From Gnetum montanum (Eukaryota; Plantae; Gnetophyta): a DNA stretch of 64,000 bases. The notes below the pieces were generated by a model that was given only the letters and a program-made list of their open reading frames with translations, did not search any database and was not told the origin of the DNA. The stretch lies in contig MNCI01002561.1 in the NCBI GenBank assembly GCA_015680685.1, forward strand, positions 6,087-70,086, in the 5' to 3' direction. The first letter of the stretch is position 1; each line of letters begins with the position of its first letter. Of the stretch, positions 53,201 through 64,000 are shown piece after piece. Position numbers and translations under genes: made by a program.

Positions 53201-56200
53201 AGAAAGAGTCCTATAATACTCATGAGCTTGCTAGTTAGGTTGAGGAGTAACGTGACTGATACAGTCATGTGGAGACACTAGCTGCTGCATGTAATATGCA
53301 TACAAGTAAGGTTTCTGGTAAGGATACTATTGCCTTGGTGGTGGCATTCTCCATGATTTTGGGTATTGCCATTGTTGATGCTGCTCAATTGGTTGTGGTG
53401 GAGTTCCACTTGGATAATACATTAAGGGTTAGTGGAACTATCTTGGGTTACCTTGGGGATAAGTTAACCTTTGGGGTGTTTGAAATTTATTTAATCTAGG
53501 GTTGAATGCATACACCCCAGACTCCTACAGATGTGAGATCATAGGGCAACATCCCTTAGGATGATCATATTGACATATCTCGCATCCACTATCATTGTCT
53601 GTTTTTGACTCTACAACCTATTCAATGATGACAACCTTTCCCTTACCCTTTATATGTGCATGTTCAGCTTCTCTTTTTTTTTCTTTTTTTGCAATCACTA
53701 CCTTAATCTCTAGACTCTTCTACTATTTTAAGAAAAATTTGAAATCTATTGTCTAGGGAATCCCACATTTGGTCTACCTTTGCTGATACTTCTAATGTCA
53801 TCTTTTGGATAGGCAAAGTTTTCCTATTCACCATCTCTTCAAGTGGTGACTCTTCTTTATCCTCACAAAATCTTACTCCCCTCTTTTGGAGGGAAGGATC
53901 TTGGTTATACTCTTTTGCACTTTCTCTTTTCCATAGCTCACCTTCTTCCTTAGCAACTTGCTCCAATAATATTTGAATTTGATGGGACCTAAGCTTGGAT
54001 AGTCTTCCTTGGGTATAAGTTCAAAGGGTTCTTCTCGTTTCATGCCTAAGCCCATCTACAAGATGGCGTAGCTGATCCCTTTGCGAATAACCATGGCTAG
54101 GACAACTATGTAGCAGTGCATAGTATTGGCCCATGGTAGCATCCAAGGGTTCATCTCCTCCTTGTTTCTAGCCTTGGATTTGCTTTCACAGGTTGGACAC
54201 TTGGGAGTACATTTGGTTCTTATCATTGAACAACTCTAATATGGTACTCTACCTATGAATGAATTCCAGTTCTAAGGACTAGTACCAGCTTTCCTCTTCT
54301 TTAATTAGTGTCCATGGGGAAAACTTAAGTTTTTGCCATTCGTTATCTATGTTTTCTAAGGCACACACATCATGGAATTCTTGTAAGTGATTCTGAGGAT
54401 AAGCATTGTATCCCCCTTTAAATTGTGGGATGTTGTTCATATCTAGTCTCTTGATCCTACTATGTTTTTGCTACCTTGTTAGATTTCTAATAGCCTTAGT
54501 TATGTCTAACATACTTTGAGTAGCAAGTAGGGGTTCATCGTGATTGTCTCGTCCATGGCATCTATGATGCCTACATTGTTCCCTACTCTCCCTTCTCATA
54601 TGTTGTGATTCTCTAGAGTGTCCTCATCCCCTTTCTTGGTTATTTCATCTACAACTTCCAATTTTCCTACCTTTATTCCCATGGTATTTTTCTTTATGAC
54701 TGCATCTGGATACTTAAAGAGAGGGTGATGAAATGATGAAGGTGAAGAAGAAGGAGAACCATCACCATGATGGTGTCTACTACCTTCTCTTTAGTGGTAA
54801 TGGCCTCAATTATGAGTACAATCAGAATGTCGTTCTTTATCATGTGTCTTTGTTCCTTTTTTGGACCCTTTGTTCCCATGCGTATCAGAATCTAGGTTAT
54901 GAATAGTGGAATGAAGATTCTAATACACAACCCCTTGGCCAAATTCAAGGGGAGGAATATCATTATGTGGACGACTGCCTGAGGTATGTTCACCACCCTC
55001 ATTTTTGCTTAAGACATGTGGGACATCCTGGGACCACTTACCCATCAAAGACTTATGATGTGTTCCCTGTTGCAAGTCCCTTTGACATTGTACCTCCATG
55101 GGATATTATTTTCTCAAGTCATGGTCTTGCATAACGTATTCTGCATGTAAGTGCATCATGCCAATTCATGTAAGAGCACGAAGAAGCCTTCTTGGGACTA
55201 AACAATCAGGAGGTAACACTATGTTACCTTCTGAGTCTCACCAATGCAGTTGTTCATCTTGATGGAGGATAAAGGTGAAGTCTGGTATATACTCGCTGGG
55301 ATGAATATATACCACTCAAACTTGTTGAGGGATTGGCAGATCAATGTCATGTTTATTTTTTCGTCGATGGTTTCTTGTTTCAGACCTAGGCAATGAAGTG
55401 CTTTTGTATGAAGAAGGAGACATATTTGTCTATTTAGTGTGTAATGTATTATTTTCTTTTTCTCAACCAATCCTAAGGGTTTGTTCCAATGATGTGAATG
55501 ATTTCCTAAGTTTTAATTAGTGCACAAACAACTAAGTCCCCAGCAAGGATGCCAATGATGAGTAGCGAGGTATCCCTATGCTCAACCATATGAATACGAG
55601 TGTACATGCATGATTCGGTCGAATTCCAAGGACTAAGTGCCTATGCGCCTCATGGAACAAGGACAGGTTGGTTGATCATTATCTTCCCAAAGTTATATGT
55701 CACAATTGTATGGTTAAGTAAGCTTAAGGCATATGATTTTTATAGCTTCTATGTTTTATATCTAGTGCTAGTAAGGGAGGAGAGAGAGATAACTAAGTGA
55801 CTAAATTAACTTAACTACTAATTAACTAGACTTTGATTAATCCTAACACCAATATCCATTCTCACTTTCTGTACACATCCTGAACTAGTGCAACACTACT
55901 GGCATTGTGAAACACTAATTGTTACTGGTTACCAAGTGTTACATGCATGCTTGAAGTGATCATGCTAAGTGTATTTGCTTAGGAGAGTTGTAGGGTGAGA
56001 GAGAGAGAGAGAGGGAGAGAGAAAATTAATTAACTATGAAAGCATTTAATAACATCAATTAACACTAATTAATCTATTCTAGATTCTGCAAGGTTTATCA
56101 TAAAGTTTGTCTTTATTGCCATACGTAAGGTGTGATCAAGTACACAATGCTCGAATAAAGATCTATTCATTTTATGACTCCTACTACAGACACGCAGAAA

Positions 56201-56417
56201 TAATTCTAACTTTGGGAGGGAGAAAAGGAAAGAGTTTGGCTAAGGGAATAACTATCGATTGCAAAACCAAAGGTGCCTTCCTCTTGTTTATAGGCAAGAA
56301 GGAATGTCCCAATATTAGGTATTCGACATCGCATGGTAGGCTTCAATATCGTGGATGTGATATCGCAGACCCGATATCGTGGATCCAATATCACAGGTGC
56401 GATATCGTGGTTCATCA
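47264..56417 (-). mobile_element. Athila-type Ty3/Gypsy LTR retrotransposon
   Basis: LTRs 47264-48751 and 55556-56417 (TGATG...CATCA); perfect TSD GATCT; PBS tggcatccttgctgggga (55537-55554, cf. TGGCGCCGTTGCCGGGGA); PPT at 48752-48764. Confidence 0.9.
49250..54700 (-). pseudogene. Athila gag-pol remnant
   Basis: gag IPQFKG..PQNHLQEFHDVC; protease DPGS...LDLCFSVNLI (52346-53026); RT WVSPLV..KDHFPLPFFDQVL (51512-51856); RH YIHTDHSAIRFL; INT FDIWGIDFM and LWEGSY. Confidence 0.92.
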
Positions 56418-59400
56418 GATCTAAACATGGTTCTTGGAGATGGGGGATTGGGGCAACTAGAGGTCTCTCCCTATAGGCACTAGATTAGTACAATACCCAA
56501 GATTTAGCTTTATATGTAAACCATAGATAGAGGATTCCCTCACTAAATGTGTGGGTTATATCCACATGTAGTATAATGAAAGATATCATTTTCATTATAG
56601 AACTTGTTAAATTCTTTATTTATAAATTCACCTCCTTTATATGATTTGATGTCCTTAATTTTGACATTCATGAAGTTTTCAATTAATTTGTAGAAAGTTT
56701 CAAAGTATTTGATGACTTCATCCTTTCACTTCAAATTGTAAGTCCAAGAATATCTTAAGTAGTCATTTGCTATGACCATGAAATAATTTCTTCCTCCTAT
56801 TGGAATAGTTAGCATTGGCCCAAAAAGATCCATGTACAAAAGATCAAATGGTTTTTCTGCCTTTATCATGTGAGAGTTGTGAGAAAAATTAGTTTTCTTT
56901 CCTTGTATGCAAGTCTCACATTTTTCTTAAGGAATATCCAAAATTTTTACTTTTGTAACTTTTTCATATTTGATAATTCTTTTAATTTTGTGATAGGAGG
57001 TATGACAAAGCATTATTCTTTTTCTTGACTTCATCTTTATTTAGCATTGATTAGTTTTTATTATGAGTCCATGCTTTTCTTCAATAGTATGATTGGTCAT
57101 GATGTCTCTTTCCTTTATTGACATAGTCACATTCAAGGAAATATATTATATTATTTTAGGCTTTTATTTTTACAATTTTTTCACCATTGAATTTGTCAAT
57201 AATGTAGAAAATTTCTCTTGAAATTGATACTATTTCCTCCATTAGAGACTTGTCCAATAGAGGTGAGAGGATTAGAAAGACTAGGAATATAATACACATT
57301 GGAAATGGTGACCTTTTTATATATTGTTTAATTTAACCACAAAATATTCTATTTCTTCTATGAAAAATTATTTTCCATCTACAATTTTGATGTTGCCAAG
57401 ACTATTATTTGTTTTATAATTTAGAAGATAATTTTTAAAGGATGTCATGTGATTTAAGAATCCACTATCTACAATTCATGAATCTTTCTTTATTCACCTA
57501 ATTAAATTGAAGGCTACATAGTTTCTTGGCTCTTCTTCTTTAGTATCATTTTGAGATGATGAGAGAATATCTTGTTCCATTTTTGAAGTTTATCCATGTA
57601 ATTTTTCAAACTCAATTTTTGTCTAGCATTAGTTAATGATATGACCTTTTCTTTTGTGGAAGTTACAATACGATACTAAGTATTGATCATCTCTTTGTCT
57701 TTCAAATTGATTTCATTTTCCTCTTCCTCTAACTAAACCTATTCCTCTTTCTCTTATATTTTGACCATCATTTTCTTCTAAGTTTGTTTCTTAATCTCTA
57801 TTATGATAATTGATTCTTTCTCTCCCTCTAAATCTTTCTTACTTGCCTCTTTCTATTTGGTTAGTTGTGTAGGCTTGATTATCTTCACTAGATTGTTTGT
57901 AATTTTTCATAATTCATAGAGTTCTAACTTGATCGACTAATTCATTGATACTAATCATGTTGAAGTTCTTTAAAAGAATAATATTTTTCATCATGTTTTC
58001 AAATCTTGGATCTATGTATAAAGCATGAATAACTTTTTGAACTTTTTTTCTATTGGTATATCCATGGTCATATTCATCTATTTTTGTAAGTTGTCATAAA
58101 TTCTAATAAAGAATTCTTTGACACCTTCATTTCTTCTAATTCCCAAGGTATTGAATTTTTGTTTGTATATTAGTTACTGTAATTGTTAACTTTCCAAGCT
58201 TTCCTTATATCCTAATTGGAGATTATTTCATAATTCTTTGGCAATAGTATGAAGACTGTATCTACTAGAAATAACTTATGAGACATTAGTCAATAGCATC
58301 ATGAGAACCAAATAGTTATTCTTCTTCTTTGTTTCATATTTTTTTATTTATAATTTGGTAAAATCTTCAAAATCATGAATGAATTTGAAACCTATTAAAA
58401 CTATTTTCCAATACTCACTATGTTTAATGAGGCCTTTCATCATCCTTGTCCATAGGGTAAAATCTTAATAGCCATCAAAGATGATGGAGAATCTAGCTAT
58501 GTCTTTTGTTCTCATTTTTGTAGATGAACCTAGTGCTTTAAAACCAAGTCAAGTAATTTCTAGGAGTAAAGGAATTGCTTGGCTGTCCTGACTTCATAAT
58601 GAATAAGCTAATAAAAGTTTTATTTTTGGAAATATTGGAAATTTATCTATAATTTGGAAATAAGAATTTCTACAAAAAAATATCCAAAAGTTGAGGTTAT
58701 ATTATGTTCTTTTTAACCTATCAAAAATCATAGTAATTAAGGTAGTGTAAATTTGAGAGATAATAACTCAAAAGTTGTTCATTATATTATGCTAAACTAT
58801 TAAATGAACATTTTCATAGATTTTAATGTTAAAATAGCTCTATAATCATATCAAATCATTCTAAGATAAGCAAGAAATGATCCAATCATTGACCACCATT
58901 CATTCTATTAAAATTTCAAGACTTAGAAAATATACCAAATCTCAAAGTGAATATGTTCCAATCCATAATAGGTATTGTAATGGAATTTTATATAATCATA
59001 GCCACCTATTCTAGCTTTTAAATAGATTTATAATCACTAAAAAATACTATGAAATTACTAAGATAAGATTAAAAGAGTGAATACCCTCTAATTCTAATTA
59101 TTCAACTTCCAAGATTAAGTAAATAATGATAAATGATGTTGATGAATTGATGTATTTTTGAAAGGTTGAATAATTGATAATGAAATAGAAAAATTCTTGC
59201 TAAAATTATATTGATTATTTCTTAATGAAAATTTATAAAATATTCCTTGAATATATATATGTGAGAAGTGGCACAGAGTTTACTAAAAATAATACAGTAT
59301 AGACCCAATGATAGAATAATCCAAAAAGTTATATATATGGATTACCATTATCCTTCAATCCTAAAATTTTTTATATGTTATTAAAATCAACTTGTATTAT

Positions 59401-62400
59401 CTAAAAATAATAAATTATTATCTTCTACTTTAAAAAACCAACAACGTCTACCAACCTGAAGATTATGTTATTAAATGAAAAGAGAACAAAGTATCCAAAC
59501 TTAACAAAGCTCTGTATGGCCTAAGGCAAGCACCAAAGGCATAGTTCTAAAGAATTAATGACTATATTATTGGAAAGAATTATCAAAATTTCATGTTTGA
59601 ACCAACATTATATTTCATGAAAGAAGATGAATTCATCATCCTATCATTATATGGAGTTGGCATTAACTTTATTACCACCAATAAAATGCTACCAGGAGAT
59701 TTCAAGAATGACATGAAAACTACATTCGAAATGAAGGACATTGGAGAACCCAAATACTTTCTAAGAATTGAAGTGAACCAAGATAAGAAGGAAATGATGA
59801 CTCATCAAACCAAACATGCAAATTCCACCATTCAAAAATTAAATTTAAAGAATGAGAAGATAGTTAGCATTTCTTTACAATATAGTTTAAAGTTAACCAT
59901 CAAATATTAGACTCCTCTAATAGATGCAATCATGTATAGAATCATGATCGTATCACATCAATCTCCTTGTCACATCAAATCATATTTAGAATATGTGACA
60001 TCATACTTATCCAAATTCATGTAAGAGCTAAGACAATCTCACATGTAAGCACTTATGCATATCCTCAAGTATGTTAAAGGAACTTGCAACTTTAAAATCT
60101 AATTTAATAAAGGAGATAATAAGCTTCATGCATATTTAGATGTTAATTGGCCAAGAGACAATGATGATAGAAAATACACATTAGGAGCTCTCATTGTACT
60201 TGGAAAACATTCCAATATATCAGAAATCAAAGAAATAATCATTCACTAGCTTATTTACTTATTAAGCGGAATTTATTGCCATGTACAAATGCCTCCAACA
60301 CATACATGGGCTAAATAAACTTCTTTGATAATTAGGATTCAAAGTTGATCTTCCTACAAATTTGTGTTATGATAATATAGCAGCAATTCAACTATCCCAG
60401 GAGTATATGAATCATAAAAAATCCAAACATATTAACATCAAGTACTATTTCATCAAGTAAGAAGTCAAATAAGAAACCATCAAACCCATTCACATTAGTT
60501 TAAAAGATCAAATTTTTGACTTACTAATAAAAAATATTTTATATCATAGGATCAAGTACCTCAATGAATATATAGGAATTCAGAGCATGAAAAAGAAAGG
60601 AGAAAGCAATGATGAAGAATGAAGATTACCTTCTACTCTAAGAAGGGATTATTAGCTTTTTAGAGTAGAAGATAGTAAATTTTTATTTTTATTATACAAT
60701 AGGAGTTTATTTTGATAAAATATAGGAAATTCCTAGATTTATGTGTATTTTGTAATGTTATTTTTATGTCAATCCATAAATATATATATCATTGAGGCTA
60801 TATTATATTATTTTTAGAAGACATTCCCCACTTGTCATATATTTACATCTAAGACATATATTGGAAATTGGTATTATAAAATTATCAATATAATTGTATT
60901 AATAATTTGACTATTTTATCAACAATTCACCAATTTATTAACATCATTTATCATTATTTATTTAATCTTAGAAGTTAAACTATCAAAGTTAGGAACACTA
61001 ACTATTTTGATCATATCTTAGTCATTTTACAATATTTATTAGAGATTATAGATTTATTAAAAACATGGAATAAGTTACTAATCATAGCTAAATTTTTAGT
61101 TCAATATCTATTGCGACTTCAGACAAATTAGCTCTATAATTTGGTAGATTTTCTAAATCGTAAATTTTCACTAGAATGAAGGATAGTTAATGATTAGATT
61201 ATTTCTCCCTCATCACATAACTATTTGATGTGATATTAAATTTATTTAAAATTTAATATCCATAGAAATGTTCAATTAAATGTTTAACATCATAAACTTA
61301 ACAAATTTTGAGTTATCATCTCTTAGACTTACACTACTAGAATTATTATGATTTTTGATAGATTAAAAATGAAATAATATAACATCATATTATGGGTATC
61401 TTTTGTATTAATTACTTATTTCAAATTTTATATAACTTTCTAATCTTTTTAAAAATAAAATATTAATTAGTCGATTTTTTGTGAATTCTAGATAACCAAG
61501 AAATCCATAGATTGCCTAAAATTCCTTAAATGAAGATGTAGGAGTATTGTTTGTTTGGATGTAAATCAAGGTACAATATATCAATTTTTCCATTGAGATG
61601 TTTTGTTAGTTCAAATATAGAGAAGAAAGGTATGATAGCATACATGTATTTGTGTTCATTCCATTGATATTTTGAGTATAGAAGTTATCAAGTCACTTAG
61701 GATAGTTAATTGATGTATTTCATAGCCTTGCCACCACCAATGTTTCTTATTTGATATGTTGAAATTAGTTTTTATTTTTGGCTAAACTAATTTAAATTTA
61801 GATGTATCTTTTCTCATGAGTTCTAAGTTCACTTATGAAGGATAATTGCATTTTTAATCTTACTTTTTTCAAAGCTAGCACCAATGGTGAGTTCAGTAGG
61901 CTATTAAAAGCTTTGAAGTCATAGTTTAACTTATCTCTATTATGCTACAGAAATGTGGCTCTTGTATATTAGGCCCCAACCCAAACAATATAGAGATAAT
62001 TTCTTTGATTTAATTTTTAGCATCTCAGGACTTTATAAGAGTAGCAATTTTATAGGTTTATCTACCAATACGAACATGAAATTCATGTGTTAAAGGTTCA
62101 TTCATGGTATTCGAATGGATCTTGTAAGTTTAGACTTTTCGAAATGGACCAATGAAATGTAAAACTATAAATAAATAATATTTTAGATATGGATGACTCT
62201 AAGAAAAAAATTACAACATGATTCACATTAAGTGCGTGATTCTAGCTAACAAAGCTCTTTGATGATTATTAATGGTGGCGTTAGGTCATATTGCAAATTT
62301 GTAGGTTGTAGGTTCACTCATGGGTATATTGTATGTATTTTCACTTGTGCTTTACTATAATCAAGATACTTGTATGCTTGATCGATTGACATGCTTGTAG

Positions 62401-62445
62401 AATGCTATCCTTGAACTAATATCAAGCTCTAAGATTATCCCTACG

Positions 62446-62530
62446 CGATGAGTAGTGAGTATTTCCTATACCCAACCATACAAATCACAAGCATGTACAT
62501 GCAATCTTGTCAAATTTCTATGGAAGTTTG
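62446..62530 (-). repeat. Terminal fragment related to the Athila LTR
   Basis: gatgagtagtgagtatttcctatacccaaccatac matches 55557 gatgagtagcgaggtatccctatgctcaaccatatg; extent beyond ~85 bp unclear. Confidence 0.6.
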
Positions 62531-64000
62531 GGGGTAGTAGAATCTTAGATAACTAGGCATTATGTTTATGCTTATTATGTTCCCACTCATCACTTATTCT
62601 AACATAGCTGGTATGCTAAAATGTTCATGAACATTATGCATTCAAATAAAAATCCATTCAATCAACTCAATCCACACTATGAGTACTCAAAGGTAAATTT
62701 CGCTAAGTCCTATGAAAACAAATTGGAAGATTTTTTTTCTAAATGAAAAAATATGACATAAATGCATATGTTCTACATATTTATATAAGCTTAGGATGGG
62801 ATTATGTCATTGCATATTCATTAATATATCAAAAGATACATCAACGAGGCTATGTCAACTTTATGATACTTTATCATACCACTACGACTAACTAAACATT
62901 CATACTTAAGTAAATAAAAGTGATTAAATTTATAAAATTTAAGGAATATTGAATTAACTATTGGCTAATTAACAATTGATAACTCTAAGTTCTACATTAT
63001 AAAATATTTGAGTATTTAAAATTTATGATCATTTTTTGCACAAAAATTAGCTAGGATGAAGTCATCACACTGTTCCTAGAGGTGGATGCTCGTATGGCTT
63101 GGATGGTTCTTCTTCACATCTTGGCCCAACTAGTGATCTTGGATTTCTTAATACTACATTTGAAAATTTGAATTCATTTAATAATGTTATCATTTTTTCC
63201 TATTTTTTCTATCATTTTTTAATAGTCCAAGTAGCATCACCTAGACTGAGAGGTGTTGGTATACTCCATGGGAAAGGAAATGTATGAAACATATCTTTCA
63301 TGTTGATGAACCAAGATGCAAACTACTTTTGGCCAATGTTGAATGTCCTTAAAAGGTTTTGAAGCTCTTGGTGATCCACCATTCTTTTGGTCATATTCTT
63401 ATAAATTGATTGTTGGTCCTTGAAATTGCTCTTGAGAACCTCAAGCTCTATATTAGCCACTTCTATCTTCTTCTTTTTCTTATGGAGCTTGAACTCTAAC
63501 ACATAGAGGAGGTAAAATCTAGCCACCTAATTTTCCAGTTCTAACCTAGACTACCTTGTAGTTAAAATCACCATGTTGACATATTAGATGTTGGCTAACT
63601 TTTTATATTCAATTATTTCCTCAATTTGCAACATTTTTAGATGGATTTCTACTTAATTGTATGCATTGAGTCCATCAAAGTTGGGCTTCCATGCATCATC
63701 TCTTTTTTGGAGTTACTTTCATTCACCTTAGCCTTTGCCAACTTAATCTCCTTCTCATTCACCTGCTTAAGCATTTTCACATAGTCTCTATAGTGATTCT
63801 TTACTTCTTCATACTTTAGAACATCATTTTTTTAGGTAGTGATCTTAATGATAATCTTCTAGTGAATGGCCTAAACCTCCTCCATTAAAATATTTCTATT
63901 TTTTTAATCAACCTCCTACATCATCTTGATGAGTTATTCTTGCTACTATTGAACATATACGAAGAGTTTCTCATTTTATGCTTAGATCTTCTGTAGGTAG

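Larger units (their letters stand above)
44375..59443 (-). mobile_element. Full-length decayed Ty1/Copia element B, same family as A
   Basis: LTRs 44375-45286 and ~58549-59443; TSD ACATC/ACGTC; PPT at 45287-45300; degenerate Met PBS gctttaaaacca near 58535. gag zinc knuckle near 57640, INT 56550-56920 and 46900-47255, RT/RH 45350-46750. Confidence 0.87.
43400..61530 (+). mobile_element. 5'-truncated Ty1/Copia element A (INT, RT, RH, 3' LTR), split within RT
   Basis: INT motifs (LLHMDL, IVDNYSRY, VAERKN). RT HKARLVGKGFKQ...FLNGYIKEELYI breaks at 44374 and resumes at 59449 with YQPEDY...KALYGLRQAPK. RH SKHINIKYYF. PPT ~60638-60649; 3' LTR ~60650-61530. No 5' LTR found. Confidence 0.8.

Noticed and set aside
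55600-56424. ORFs 55600-55800, 56107-56424 and 56206-56415
   Set aside because: They lie inside an LTR and show no recognisable motifs.
62270-62325. tRNA/SINE-like stretch (ggtggcgttagg...gtaggttcac)
   Set aside because: Only weak A/B-box resemblance and no cloverleaf.
63323-63526. Coiled-coil-like ORF near the window end
   Set aside because: Short, flanked by stops and unassignable; probably an accessory ORF of an element that continues beyond the window.

Overview
AT-rich, CpG/CHG-depleted eukaryotic DNA, most likely from a large-genome land plant. It consists almost entirely of nested, decayed LTR retrotransposons, and I see no intact host gene. Termini, PBS/PPT and target-site duplications (TSDs) resolve two nests. 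Left nest: a minus-strand chromovirus-type Ty3/Gypsy element (1502-33542, TSD TACTA) contains a Tat-type Gypsy block (9977-27481) and a small LTR element (2190-7707). Right nest: a plus-strand Copia remnant (~43400-61530) contains an antisense Copia of the same family (44375-59443, TSD ACATC/ACGTC), which contains an Athila-type Gypsy (47264-56417, TSD GATCT). The main result is a ~6 kb LTR element family with ~600 bp LTRs and no visible gag/pol, present as two separate TSD-flanked insertions (2190-7707 and 37400-43361). It carries an intronless CCR4/nocturnin-type EEP deadenylase ORF, an internal 5S rRNA-derived RNA polymerase III control region (box A/IE/box C) and a tRNA-like B-box. All copies here are pseudogenised. 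All alignments were done by eye; no database searches were run.
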